A stretch of DNA of 64,000 nt, from the IMG/VR virus record IMGVR_UViG_3300033747_000014, one strand, 5' to 3'. This document shows positions 18,601 through 28,582 of this stretch, one piece after another. This DNA comes from a virus (lineage: Duplodnaviria; Heunggongvirae; Uroviricota; Caudoviricetes). The position numbers and the translations under genes were made by a program. Numbering within the stretch: the first letter of the stretch is position 1; each line of letters begins with the position of its first letter. The notes under the pieces are model-generated. The model made no database searches and was not told the DNA's origin. It was given only the letters and a program-made list of their open reading frames with translations.

Positions 18601-18672
18601 GTCCCTGTAGTTTAACGAATAGAATCAGAGGTTTCTACCCTCTAGGTATAGGTTTGATTCCTATCGGGGACA
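18601..18672 (+). tRNA. tRNA-Arg (anticodon TCT)
   Basis: Acceptor GTCCCTG/CGGGGAC, anticodon arm AGAGG-TTTCTAC-CCTCT, T-arm ATAGG-TTTGATT-CCTAT. Confidence 0.65.
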
Positions 18673-18749
18673 CTAATTAAAAATCTAACAATTATGAAAA
18701 GGATAAAAGAAAGGGCATGTGTTTTTTAGGTAATTAAAACTTAAAAAAC

Positions 18750-19061
18750 ATGGTAAAAAAAAGTAAAAAGATTGTAGAAACAACCACTAATCGTAAAGTA
18801 TTTAATCGTGCTTATAAAGAATATGTTAGTGGTAAGAATGGTGATTGTCCACGTTGTAGATATCATAAATGTGAAAATTATGAGGGTAAGTATTATGGTG
18901 GGTATTCTGATTATAACAGAATTACATATCCAAGTTGGAAATTAGTTTCCAAAAATCGTAAACAATGGATGAAAAAACCTATGAATATTGAAGCAGATTA
19001 TAATAATTATAGAAATGAAAAATATGTCCGATTTAAATTCAAAAGGGGTAAAAATTTCTAA
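18750..19061 (+). CDS. hypothetical Cys-rich protein
   Basis: 103 aa with CPRCRYHKC motif. Overlapping ORF 18988..19197 probably starts internally (~19024). Confidence 0.3.
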   Translation: MVKKSKKIVETTTNRKVFNRAYKEYVSGKNGDCPRCRYHKCENYEGKYYGGYSDYNRITYPSWKLVSKNRKQWMKKPMNIEADYNNYRNEKYVRFKFKRGKNF

Positions 19062-19197
19062 TCAAGTAAGATTTTGTATTGATAATGATATTTATATTGG
19101 TGAAGTTGTACAAATCAATGATGATAATGTAGATATTATAACTTATATGGGTATGATTAAAGGTATTCCAATTAATATTCTAAATGAAGTGAATTAA

Positions 19198-19677
19198 ATG
19201 GGATATAGGAAATTCAACAAGGATGCATATGATGCATTTGATATGAGTAGTAAATTACAACTGGTCAAGATTATTGAAAAGAATAGTCCTTATAAATTAA
19301 ATGATGATTTAGATATAGAACGATATAAGGATGGGGATGTTGAATTCATATTTAATAATAAGAAAGTTCTTTTTGAAAATGAAGTAAGAAGGAATTTTGA
19401 TGATATTGTCAGTATTTACAAAACAATCCATATCCCAATTAGGAAAAAAGATACTCCTGCTAATTTTTATATTGTTTGGAAAGAAGATTTATGTCAATTT
19501 ATTTTGATAGACCGGAAGACAATTCAAAAGTATAAAAATAAACCAATAAGGGTAAAATGTAATAATGAAATGAATTATGATGAAGAGTATGTTGAGGAAT
19601 TTGTTGATATACCTAAATCAGAAACCCAATGGTATTTAGTTGGTAAAGAATTTAAATTAAAAAAGTTAGAATATTAA
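19198..19677 (+). CDS. hypothetical protein
   Basis: 159-aa ORF. Confidence 0.35.
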   Translation: MGYRKFNKDAYDAFDMSSKLQLVKIIEKNSPYKLNDDLDIERYKDGDVEFIFNNKKVLFENEVRRNFDDIVSIYKTIHIPIRKKDTPANFYIVWKEDLCQFILIDRKTIQKYKNKPIRVKCNNEMNYDEEYVEEFVDIPKSETQWYLVGKEFKLKKLEY

Positions 19678-19714
19678 CAAAATTTAACATTAAATTACTT
19701 GGTTATTAAAAATA

Positions 19715-19735
19715 ATACCTTTATATTTGCAGTAT
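19715..19735 (+). promoter_or_regulatory. TATATTTG promoter box upstream of vWA gene
   Basis: TATATTTG at 19722-19729, ~50 nt upstream of ATG 19781. Confidence 0.45.
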
Positions 19736-19780
19736 TGAAATTATAAATATATTAATTGTTTAATCTTAAAAATTAGAAAG

Positions 19781-21502
19781 ATGTTCGACAGCAAAAGAGA
19801 AACTTTGTTTACAAAAGACGATGTTAAAAACAACAAAACATCTGTGAAAAATGGATTCCTTAATCAAGGAATGAAAGAATCGTCTATGACGACTGAATTT
19901 GGTAATGGTGCAGTAAAATACACTACCACCAATGATGATTTTGTAGATCAATTTGGTTTGATTTCAAATTATCGTAATCCAAGGGAATTTTCAGAAATTT
20001 CTAAAGATATGAGTATTCTTTGGGGTGTAAATCCTAAAGATGCTATTAAATTGGCTTTTTATATTCGTATGATTAGTCGAAAAACTCAAATTTTTGATGG
20101 TACTACAACTGAAAAGGTTCAAATCGGTCAAGGTTTGAAGCATGAAGGTATTATGAGAATGATTTGGCTTGCTGTTAATCATCCTGACGAATTTTGGAAT
20201 AATGCATATTTATATGTTGCCATTTCAAGTTGGAAAGATATTATTCAAATGTTGTCATACGACTTGCAATATAATGGTTGGGATGAAAGGAAATTGGATT
20301 GGAACAAAATGGGTAAATTAATCCTTAGTGGATTGGAAAACCCTAATACAACCAATCTTGTTAGAAAATATCTTCCAACTATTAAATCAAATAGTAAATG
20401 TAAGACTTTGGAAGCACAAGCTGATAATATTATTGGTAAATGGTTTGCAAACATTCTATTTAAAGGTGAAAATGATTCATATGCAAAATATAGGAAAGTT
20501 AAATCATCTGGTACTGCACACGAATGGCAAAAATTGATTAGTCAGGGTAAAATGCTTGATATTAATTTTGATACTGTTCATGGTCGTGCATTATCACTAA
20601 TGGTTAGTAGTAAATTCATTAATAATAATGGTCTGGGTGCTAAGTTTGATGAATGGCTTGATAAACAACCAATAATGAAATTTACTGGATATGTTTATGA
20701 ATTGTTTAAACCATTGATGAATAATTTCAATGTTGATCTTAGGAATAAGAAAGTAATCAATAAGCAATTCAAAATGCTTGTTGATCAAGTCAAGGAACAA
20801 ACAGATGTAAACAGTTCATTTATTGCTGTTCTTGATACTAGTGCTAGTATGGGTGGTTCTGTTAGCGGTTTAAACATATCTGCTATGCATGTAGCTAAAT
20901 CAATTGGTATTTATTTTAGTGAACTGTTGGAAGGAACATTCAAAAATCATTGGATTGAATTTCATAGTGAAGCTAAAATGAGACAATGGAAAGGTGAAAC
21001 ACCAGTAGATAAATATATTAATGATAATAGTAGTTATGTCGGTAGTACTAACTTCTTAGATGTTGCCAGAGTATTTATAGATATTAAAAATAAAGGTGTT
21101 TCAGAAGATGAATTTCCTACTGGTATTGTTTGTATTAGTGATGGGAATTTTAATCAAGCGAATGATTATGGATACATGAGTCGTAAGAATGGTAGTCATG
21201 AAACAAATACTAAGCATTTTAAAGAAATGTTGTTGAGTGCTGGATTTACGCAAGAATTTGTGGATAATTTTAAAATTGTTCTGTGGGATATTCCAAATAA
21301 TTTCTATGGTGGTGAAATTGAATCAAAATTTGAAGACTTTGCTGATGCGCCAAATCTTTATTATATGAGTGGTTTTGACCCAAGTGCTTTGAGTTTCCTG
21401 CTTGGTTCTGTCGACCAAAAAGACAAACCAACACCTAAGAATGCAAGAGAGTTGTTTGAAGCAGCAATGGATCAAGAGATTTTGAATTTTATTAATATTT
21501 AA
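19781..21502 (+). CDS. vWA-domain protein with helical N-terminal region (Ro60/Rsr TROVE-like architecture, putative)
   Basis: 573 aa. MIDAS motif VLDTSASMGG near residue 345 then a vWA-like region. N-terminal ~340 aa alpha-helical. Size and domain order match Ro60-type proteins. Sequence match to TROVE not verifiable by eye. Confidence 0.4.
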   Translation: MFDSKRETLFTKDDVKNNKTSVKNGFLNQGMKESSMTTEFGNGAVKYTTTNDDFVDQFGLISNYRNPREFSEISKDMSILWGVNPKDAIKLAFYIRMISRKTQIFDGTTTEKVQIGQGLKHEGIMRMIWLAVNHPDEFWNNAYLYVAISSWKDIIQMLSYDLQYNGWDERKLDWNKMGKLILSGLENPNTTNLVRKYLPTIKSNSKCKTLEAQADNIIGKWFANILFKGENDSYAKYRKVKSSGTAHEWQKLISQGKMLDINFDTVHGRALSLMVSSKFINNNGLGAKFDEWLDKQPIMKFTGYVYELFKPLMNNFNVDLRNKKVINKQFKMLVDQVKEQTDVNSSFIAVLDTSASMGGSVSGLNISAMHVAKSIGIYFSELLEGTFKNHWIEFHSEAKMRQWKGETPVDKYINDNSSYVGSTNFLDVARVFIDIKNKGVSEDEFPTGIVCISDGNFNQANDYGYMSRKNGSHETNTKHFKEMLLSAGFTQEFVDNFKIVLWDIPNNFYGGEIESKFEDFADAPNLYYMSGFDPSALSFLLGSVDQKDKPTPKNARELFEAAMDQEILNFINI

Positions 21503-21712
21503 AAAATAAAAATATGAAAAAAGAAGTTTTAATTGAAAAATTGAATGAATTGCCGGATAATTGTGATGTCTATTTGTTCGATTATCAGAAAAAGGAAAAT
21601 AATGCTGGATTAATTAATGCTTATAGTGTTGAAGAAATTGATTCAGACGAAGGGAATTTTGGTATTATTTCTTTTGAATAAATTTGAAGAATAAAATAAT
21701 ATATTTATCTTT

Positions 21713-21748
21713 AACCACCTATTTATATGAATAGGTGGTTTTTTTTAC
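21713..21748 (+). terminator. intrinsic terminator
   Basis: AACCACCTATT-TATATGA-AATAGGTGGTT hairpin plus T8 run. Confidence 0.65.
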
Positions 21749-21763
21749 ATTAAATTTATTGTT

Positions 21764-22369
21764 ATGAAAAATATATTAAAAATAATTAAAGAAGAGGTTG
21801 CTACATATTTCAACGAAGATGTGGGTGATGAATATTTAAAAAGGAAATATCATATGAAAGGTGAATTTGATGATTTTGAGAATAAATATATTAGTCATCA
21901 ACAAAATGATGATAAAGTTATATATCGAGAAGGTGATTGGAAGTTAATAAAAAATCCAGAATCATTGAAAGATATGGGTCGTAGTGCTAGAGGAATAATT
22001 ATGAGTAATGGTGATCTATATTTAGAATCTTTTAGCGGTAAAAAAATTCATAATGACTTGTTGAAAATATTATATAATAAGGGTATATTATCTTATTTAC
22101 CAAAGAAAAATTGGGGTAGGAAATCACCAAATGAAACAGGATTTTTAACTGTTCAAAGATATAAAACTTCACCATACATTGCTATTGGAGAAAGTAATAG
22201 ACGTATATATGATGAGGAAGAATATCAAGAACATATTGATGAGTATGAATCTTTTTTAAATAAAGCAAAGCAAAAGAATCCAAATATTAGATTTGAAAAT
22301 AAATTAGTTGGTACTAAATCACCTTTAAAAACAAAGGGTGGTAATATGATGAATGAATCTTATTTATAA
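21764..22369 (+). CDS. hypothetical protein, paralog family member
   Basis: 201 aa. N-terminus MKNILKIIKEEVATYF resembles N-termini of the next three genes. Confidence 0.35.
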   Translation: MKNILKIIKEEVATYFNEDVGDEYLKRKYHMKGEFDDFENKYISHQQNDDKVIYREGDWKLIKNPESLKDMGRSARGIIMSNGDLYLESFSGKKIHNDLLKILYNKGILSYLPKKNWGRKSPNETGFLTVQRYKTSPYIAIGESNRRIYDEEEYQEHIDEYESFLNKAKQKNPNIRFENKLVGTKSPLKTKGGNMMNESYL

Positions 22370-22401
22370 AATTAAACTATTTATTTTAAATACCATGACT
22401 A

Positions 22402-23043
22402 ATGAAAATATTTAATTTAATTGTGGAAGAGTTTGATAATTATATTGAAGAAGATTATCCTGCATCTTTTGATATGGAAGAATTTAAATCTTTAAAATCT
22501 TTTAATAAACGAATAAAATACTGTGAAGAACATTTATCAAGAATCAGTTCTGGTAGTGGTCGAATAGTATATAAAATCGATGATGAAAAAGCCTTAAAAT
22601 TAGCAAAAAATAAAAAAGGTGTAGCACAAAATGATGTCGAAGTTGATTATAGTCAAGATAATTATATAAATCATTTATTTGCTGAGACATATGAATTTCA
22701 TCCAGATTTTTTATGGTTAGAAATGGAATATTGTAAAAAATTGAATTTTAGAAGATTTAAAGAATTAACAGGGGTTGATTTTAGAGCATATTCTAATATG
22801 ATTTTATATGAAAAAGAACGTATTACCAGTAGAAGTAGTAGATTAAAAATTCCTCAACCTGAAAATTATGATGAATTGATTGAGAATGAATTTATATTCG
22901 ATGTTGTGGATTATATGGCTAGTTATGATATTCCTGCAGGTGATTTGACAAGAATGTCAACTTATGGTGAAAATTCAGATAGTGAAGTTGTTATAATTGA
23001 TTATGGATTAACACAAGAAGTTTATGATGATTATTATTCTTAA
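22402..23043 (+). CDS. hypothetical protein, paralog family member
   Basis: 213 aa. N-terminus MKIFNLIVEEFDNYIEEDY. Confidence 0.35.
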   Translation: MKIFNLIVEEFDNYIEEDYPASFDMEEFKSLKSFNKRIKYCEEHLSRISSGSGRIVYKIDDEKALKLAKNKKGVAQNDVEVDYSQDNYINHLFAETYEFHPDFLWLEMEYCKKLNFRRFKELTGVDFRAYSNMILYEKERITSRSSRLKIPQPENYDELIENEFIFDVVDYMASYDIPAGDLTRMSTYGENSDSEVVIIDYGLTQEVYDDYYS

Positions 23044-23054
23044 TTTTGATATAT

Positions 23055-23783
23055 ATGAAAAAAATAAAAAATATTATTCTTGAAGAATATAATAAAATTA
23101 TTAACGAGACATTATCACCTAAACAGTTTGCATTGAAGTTATCTGATAAAGTTGGTGTATTGGATGCTGGTTTTGGTGAAAAAGCTTATAACTATAAAAA
23201 TAAAAATGGTGTTGAGGTTACCATTACAGATGATTATGGTGATTTTGAAATTCGTGGAAATCAAGTTCAAGCAGATATTCATATAGATTATATTGGTGTT
23301 GATAAAAATAGAGGTGAGGGTTTTGCTTCACAAGAATTGAATAAAATTATTAATCTTGCTGATTCTTTAAATTTATCATTATCTGTTGTAGTCGATCCAG
23401 AAAAAGCAACAACAAATATAACAGGAGAAAAATCAAACACCATCGGTTTAGATGGTAGTAAAATACAGTCATGGCTATCAAAAAGAGGTTTTATATTTGA
23501 TGGTAAATTTGGTTATAGACCAAGTAATGAGGAAGATAAATCGAAATATATATTAAAGACTATAAGAGTTAATCCTAAAGATGTTGATCCAAATAAAATA
23601 GATGAATATTCTTGTCCAGAAGATTTCTTTGATTCAGTTAAATATAATAATTTGGGAGATGGATATTATTCTGATGGTGATGAAAATATTTATTTAATAA
23701 AGAATAGTGATTTATATTTTGTAGAAAATCTAAAATTGTATTATGATTATAAGAATTTTAAATATGAACTTGTGAAAAGATGA
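23055..23783 (+). CDS. hypothetical protein, paralog family member
   Basis: Starts MKKIKNIILEEYNK. First 42 nt are identical to the start of the next gene. Confidence 0.35.
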   Translation: MKKIKNIILEEYNKIINETLSPKQFALKLSDKVGVLDAGFGEKAYNYKNKNGVEVTITDDYGDFEIRGNQVQADIHIDYIGVDKNRGEGFASQELNKIINLADSLNLSLSVVVDPEKATTNITGEKSNTIGLDGSKIQSWLSKRGFIFDGKFGYRPSNEEDKSKYILKTIRVNPKDVDPNKIDEYSCPEDFFDSVKYNNLGDGYYSDGDENIYLIKNSDLYFVENLKLYYDYKNFKYELVKR

Positions 23784-24304
23784 AAAAAATAAAAAATATT
23801 ATTCTTGAAGAATATAATAAATGCATTTTAACTAATGAAGAACAGAATATTATTGATGATATTCTATCAATAAATGAAAATTATGGAACTATATTAGATA
23901 AAATAAAAAAGTATGGTAAAAGAGGTTTGTTAACGTTGGGAATTTTATTAACTGTTGCAGGATCAGTAGAAGCTAAAGGTGGGGAAGGAATAGATGTCCT
24001 TAAAACTGGAGTTGAATATGTTGATGATGATGAGAAGACTAAATTTTATTCATTTTTAGTTGGTGTTATTACTGACCAAGTTAAAGATGCAATGAAAAGT
24101 GGTAATATTGAAGATGCTGCAGCATTAAAAGAACTCAGAGATTATTATGTTAAATTAAGAGATAAGCAACAACCAAATGAACTTAGTGATTCAGGTAAAG
24201 TTGCAGAAAAAGTAATAAAAAAACAGTTAGACTCTAAAACCTTTTCAAGAAGTATTTTTGATTATTATATAAAAAAAGGTAGAAATCTTAAACCTCTACC
24301 TTAA
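23780..24304 (+). CDS. hypothetical membrane-anchored protein, paralog family member
   Basis: Starts MKKIKNIILEEYNK. One hydrophobic helix. Confidence 0.35.
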   Translation: MKKIKNIILEEYNKCILTNEEQNIIDDILSINENYGTILDKIKKYGKRGLLTLGILLTVAGSVEAKGGEGIDVLKTGVEYVDDDEKTKFYSFLVGVITDQVKDAMKSGNIEDAAALKELRDYYVKLRDKQQPNELSDSGKVAEKVIKKQLDSKTFSRSIFDYYIKKGRNLKPLP

Positions 24305-24611
24305 CTTTACCAATTATTTTCATATTTTTAGCTAAAAACCATTTCCCTCCCTGATTCTTAGGTCTATCAAATTCCTCATAATCCTTTATTTTAACCATAT
24401 ACCATTCTCTATCCTTCATTGATAAATGTGGTGCTTCTGGCTTAGAAGTACAATGCCAATATGGTCTGTGTGCATAACCTTTTGTTGGGTGGTCTTCGCA
24501 TTTCATCCATTCATTTAATGGTAACCTTTTTCTCCTATTAATAAATAGAGAACCTAAACTACCATCTTTTCTTATCTTAAATAATTTATAAACAATAATA
24601 CTATTCTTCAT
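24288..24611 (-). CDS. hypothetical protein
   Basis: 107-aa ORF, first gene of a minus-strand block converging on the plus block. Confidence 0.3.
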   Translation of the reverse strand: MKNSIIVYKLFKIRKDGSLGSLFINRRKRLPLNEWMKCEDHPTKGYAHRPYWHCTSKPEAPHLSMKDREWYMVKIKDYEEFDRPKNQGGKWFLAKNMKIIGKVKVEV

Positions 24612-24666
24612 TTTTTTTTAATTTAAATATTAATAGATGTGTTTCTTCTTTTATTAAAACAAATAC

Positions 24667-25134
24667 TTAAACAAATATTTTTTCTAAGAAACCTTCTGGT
24701 AACATGGAAAGTATTTCATTTAATTTATCATCATCTGAATTTTGTGTCACCCAATAATAAATAAGACCTTTAACGGTAACATTAAAATCATCACAAATTA
24801 ATTTCAATAAACCAAATAAATCTTCATGAGTAAATTTATCGAGAGATAATGGTTTGTTTTTCCTTGTATAATCATAAAAATAATCTTCAAAAGTATATTT
24901 TTTCTTTTTTAAATAAAAGGTTAATAAACCAGAATCATCTATATCAATATCAACATATGGTTCTTTGGATAAATTTAATTCATAATTCTCTGGAATGTAT
25001 TTTTTTATTGATGTATCATTAATATCTTTAATGGTTTCACCTGTTGCTTCAGGGTATTTTTCCCAAAGCATACCATCTACTATTAATTTAATATATTCAT
25101 CGAATGTTAAATCTTTTAATTTCTTCATAATCAA
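24667..25134 (-). CDS. hypothetical protein
   Basis: 155-aa ORF. Confidence 0.35.
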   Translation of the reverse strand: MIMKKLKDLTFDEYIKLIVDGMLWEKYPEATGETIKDINDTSIKKYIPENYELNLSKEPYVDIDIDDSGLLTFYLKKKKYTFEDYFYDYTRKNKPLSLDKFTHEDLFGLLKLICDDFNVTVKGLIYYWVTQNSDDDKLNEILSMLPEGFLEKIFV

Positions 25135-25349
25135 ATATTTTTTAAAAAATTATTTGATTTTTTTATTGCCACACCTAAATCTATTAAAGATTCATAAGGT
25201 TTATCATCGTACATGAACCCCCAATACTTATCAAAAAGATTAAACATTGTTGTTCTTGCTTCATTACTATTTTTTGCAAAGATTTCCACGCAATAGTTTT
25301 TTAATTCGGGTGCATTAAACCCTCCAAATGTGAAATAATATTTGTTCAT
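25131..25349 (-). CDS. hypothetical protein
   Basis: 72-aa ORF, 4-nt overlap with downstream gene. Confidence 0.3.
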   Translation of the reverse strand: MNKYYFTFGGFNAPELKNYCVEIFAKNSNEARTTMFNLFDKYWGFMYDDKPYESLIDLGVAIKKSNNFLKNI

Positions 25350-25367
25350 AGTTTAAATTTAAAATTA

Positions 25368-26018
25368 TTAATCAATACCAATAAAAAGATCAAATAAATC
25401 ACCAGATGAAATTGTATCATCATCTTTTACTTCATCATTATTATTAGGTTCAAAATCATTATCAATATCGTCTTCAATATTATTTATCTTGGCTCTTTCC
25501 TCTTCTTGAATAGAAGCAATAATTTTATATAGTTCACCATTACAAATATTAAAACCTTTCTTTAAGTATCTAACCATTCTACTAGTAGTAGATAAAGGGT
25601 ATGTTATCTTATTAATCATTAATTGTCTCTTTGCAAGATCAATAAATGATGTATCTCCAAAATACACATCATCCTTATCAACAGCAAACATTGAAACAGT
25701 GAAATCAAAATTATTAATGGTTTCTTTTGGATCTTTAAAATATTTTTTAACCAAATCAAAAGTTTTCTTTTTATAAAGAACTTTCATACCATTATCAGAC
25801 TCCCATTTAATCTCAGCATCTTTACCTCTAAAAAACTTTTCAGCTTTTTTATATTCATCTTCATTGGGGAAGAATATATCAATATCTGTTTTTACAGGAA
25901 CACCCATAAAATAATCTCTTACAGAACCACCAGCGATCCAACAATTAATTTCTTCATTTATTAATTCTGTTAGGATCACTTCTTTAAATTTCTTTATACA
26001 ATTATCTATTTGTATCAT
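25368..26018 (-). CDS. pol-beta superfamily nucleotidyltransferase, CCA-adding-enzyme head-like
   Basis: IAGGSVRDYFMGVPVKTDIDIFF carries the GGxVRD...DxD signature of tRNA nucleotidyltransferase/poly(A) polymerase heads. At 216 aa it is only a head domain. Confidence 0.5.
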   Translation of the reverse strand: MIQIDNCIKKFKEVILTELINEEINCWIAGGSVRDYFMGVPVKTDIDIFFPNEDEYKKAEKFFRGKDAEIKWESDNGMKVLYKKKTFDLVKKYFKDPKETINNFDFTVSMFAVDKDDVYFGDTSFIDLAKRQLMINKITYPLSTTSRMVRYLKKGFNICNGELYKIIASIQEEERAKINNIEDDIDNDFEPNNNDEVKDDDTISSGDLFDLFIGID

Positions 26019-26023
26019 ATTAT

Positions 26024-26212
26024 TTATTGATTTTTTAGTTTTAAATCGTATTCTTTAGGAAGTCGAATTAATGGTTTATCACTTAAAACCTTTACAAGTT
26101 CTTGGAGAAGATCGCTTTGGTGTTGTGTTAAACCAATTTGAGTAATTCTTCCATCGGCAGTTTCTTGTATTAAACCGATTTTACCTATTTCTAAATTTTG
26201 AAAGTTTTCCAT
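26024..26212 (-). CDS. hypothetical protein
   Basis: 62-aa ORF. Confidence 0.25.
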   Translation of the reverse strand: MENFQNLEIGKIGLIQETADGRITQIGLTQHQSDLLQELVKVLSDKPLIRLPKEYDLKLKNQ

Positions 26213-26215
26213 AAA

Positions 26216-27088
26216 TTATAAATGTTCTATATTTAAACGATTTTCAATTATTTCAATATTTTTATAATCATTGTCCATAAGAATGTATTGTCTGTTAGTG
26301 TTTTCACAAGCAACACCAGTAGTTCCTGATCCTGCAACATTATCCAATACTATTTCACCTTCATTTGTGTAAGTTTTAATTAACCATTCAATACATTGTA
26401 CAGACTTTTCAGTTCTATGTAACGCTTTGCTTGGATGAGGTTTCTGATAACTAATAATAGTTTTAGGATACTTTAATGTTTCTCCAGCTCTACTATCATC
26501 GCCCTTTCCATACTTACCATAGTTGTTATTTATTTCATCTTTATCTATATATGATTTACCTTTAGAATGTAATGGTTTACCTTTAACCATTTGAGGGTTA
26601 TATGTTGGTTGTTTCTTATAAAAAATGCCAATTTGTTCATGAACCCTTAATGGTTTTCTTTTAGCATTTAAGAAATCGGAAACCAAGTGTTTATCCCAAA
26701 CAATATCATATCTAAAATTAGATAAATTAGAATTAACCATTTCAGTGTAAAATTTACCTTGACCAAATAAAGCAATTACACCATTATCCTTTATAATTCT
26801 GTTATAATGAGTCCAAAGACCATCTTTTTTATGATAATTAAAAAATTTTAGAACAATATCACGAGGGTTACCCATTTTATATTGATATAATAAATATTCA
26901 TCTAAAGTTACATTCTTAAATTTACCCGGACGATATTCAAATTCAAGATAATCCTCAAAAGGTATTTTCACATCTAATTTGTTTTGTGTTACAGCATAGG
27001 GTAAATCTGCACAAACCATATCAATAGATTTATCTGGTATATTATACATTAATTTAGTACAATCTCCATAATACAATTCTTTTCTCAT
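26216..27088 (-). CDS. DNA methyltransferase, beta-class (N6A or N4C)
   Basis: Motif IV VCADLPYAV near N-terminus, motif I VLDNVAGSGTTGVACE near C-terminus. Confidence 0.6.
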   Translation of the reverse strand: MRKELYYGDCTKLMYNIPDKSIDMVCADLPYAVTQNKLDVKIPFEDYLEFEYRPGKFKNVTLDEYLLYQYKMGNPRDIVLKFFNYHKKDGLWTHYNRIIKDNGVIALFGQGKFYTEMVNSNLSNFRYDIVWDKHLVSDFLNAKRKPLRVHEQIGIFYKKQPTYNPQMVKGKPLHSKGKSYIDKDEINNNYGKYGKGDDSRAGETLKYPKTIISYQKPHPSKALHRTEKSVQCIEWLIKTYTNEGEIVLDNVAGSGTTGVACENTNRQYILMDNDYKNIEIIENRLNIEHL

Positions 27089-27130
27089 ATAAAGATATAT
27101 TTTTTATTAGAGTACAAATATATAAATTTT

Positions 27131-27571
27131 TTAATATTCCAACAAATTAATTGCTTTTTTTTTATCTATTTTTTCACTATAATATCTTGGAATTTGTTTA
27201 CTTTCACTAATTCTTATGGATATTCTTTCTATTAATAAATTTTGATCTTCCTTTGATGGAATGTAATTATTCATATATTTATTTGGAATAATTTTTAATC
27301 TATCCTCATCAAATTCGTAAAATTTATTGTATCTATTATAATATTCTTCTCGTAATAGTTGATGCCTATCTTTCAAATAATCACATTTATTATAAAAGAA
27401 AGTTACATGTCCACTACCCAATTTAAATTTGGGTGGGATATTTATTATTAATTTATTTTCCTTAATTTTTTTTATTACCGCAGTAAATATTCTGGGTAAC
27501 TCTCTTAGTTCAGCAATTAAATGTTGATCTGTTAATTTGATTGGTTCAATCCCACAATTAATTCTTGTCAT
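27131..27571 (-). CDS. denV: pyrimidine-dimer DNA glycosylase (T4 endonuclease V / DenV homolog)
   Basis: MTRINCGI...LTDQHLIAELRELPRIF...LGSGHVTFFYNKCDYL closely parallels T4 EndoV ([28 protein letters not shown]...GAGHVTFFYDK). Confidence 0.8.
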   Translation of the reverse strand: MTRINCGIEPIKLTDQHLIAELRELPRIFTAVIKKIKENKLIINIPPKFKLGSGHVTFFYNKCDYLKDRHQLLREEYYNRYNKFYEFDEDRLKIIPNKYMNNYIPSKEDQNLLIERISIRISESKQIPRYYSEKIDKKKAINLLEY

Positions 27572-27600
27572 GTATTTTTATATGTTTTGTAATTAATAAT

Positions 27601-27615
27601 AGTGCAAATATATCT
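27601..27615 (-). promoter_or_regulatory. TATATTTG promoter box (minus strand) for denV block
   Basis: CAAATATA on plus strand at 27605-27612, ~35 nt upstream of the denV start. Confidence 0.45.
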
Positions 27616-27649
27616 TATTTTTTAGAAAAAACAAAAAAAGTTTGGTGTT

Positions 27650-27958
27650 TTGAATTATTTATTTTACATTTGTACTGTTATTAATAAACCAATTATAGAT
27701 ATGATAAATAAATGGAATAAACTTAGAATATTAATTCAATGGTTAGAGCAAGGTAGAGAACTGGAGATAGAAGACGTAAAATATGGAATATCTGAAGATG
27801 GAAATATACTTAGAATGTATTGTGAAGATATGGGTGTGGAATTACCAACACTTTCTCATATTTGGGCTTTGATAGAAAAAATACCAGATGATCAATTATT
27901 TGTGATGGGTGGTGAGAATGCTTTAACAAAAATAAATTTTGAATTAAATAATCATTAA
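27650..27958 (+). CDS. hypothetical protein
   Basis: 102-aa ORF. Confidence 0.3.
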   Translation: MNYLFYICTVINKPIIDMINKWNKLRILIQWLEQGRELEIEDVKYGISEDGNILRMYCEDMGVELPTLSHIWALIEKIPDDQLFVMGGENALTKINFELNNH

Positions 27959-28044
27959 ATAAAACAATAAATTTATTAGTATATGAAACCAATTGAAAAA
28001 CTTTTTATTGCTCCAATGTTTTAAAATATTTACCGAAAATAATT

Positions 28045-28311
28045 ATGAAAAAAGAAGGAAAATTACAAACAGCAAAACAACAGGCATTAAATATTCCTAT
28101 TGTTAGTAATCATAAATCTTTTTATGATAAAGATGGTTATGTTTTAAATGAAGATGGATTGGTAGCATCTAAGCAAATGAAAGAAGCTATTTCAAGAATA
28201 TATTGTGAATGGATGGATAAGGGATTTAGTCCATATGAATGCAGGGAGATGTTATTGACACAAGTTTGGACAATAAGTACTTTTGAAAATGCAATACGTA
28301 GCTGTGAGTAA
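28045..28311 (+). CDS. hypothetical protein
   Basis: 88-aa ORF. Confidence 0.3.
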   Translation: MKKEGKLQTAKQQALNIPIVSNHKSFYDKDGYVLNEDGLVASKQMKEAISRIYCEWMDKGFSPYECREMLLTQVWTISTFENAIRSCE

Positions 28312-28342
28312 GAATGTAATTTGAAACACTAAACTTAACAAT

Positions 28343-28549
28343 ATGAAAAAGAATAATTTGAAGAACGAACAGCAATGTACTATACATGATGTCAGTATTA
28401 GTTCATTGGTTGAAAAATCTAGAATTGAAAATGCTGAAAATGGACGTAAAATGTATAGTAATATAAATAAAGCAACAAAGGACATTGAACCTTTTGAAAA
28501 TAAAGCATTTTTAGAAATGGTTGGTGCTGTTATGTATGCTTTGAATTAA
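28343..28549 (+). CDS. hypothetical protein
   Basis: 68-aa ORF. Confidence 0.25.
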   Translation: MKKNNLKNEQQCTIHDVSISSLVEKSRIENAENGRKMYSNINKATKDIEPFENKAFLEMVGAVMYALN

Positions 28550-28582
28550 TACTAACGTTTACAAATAAAAACAGTAACGGAT

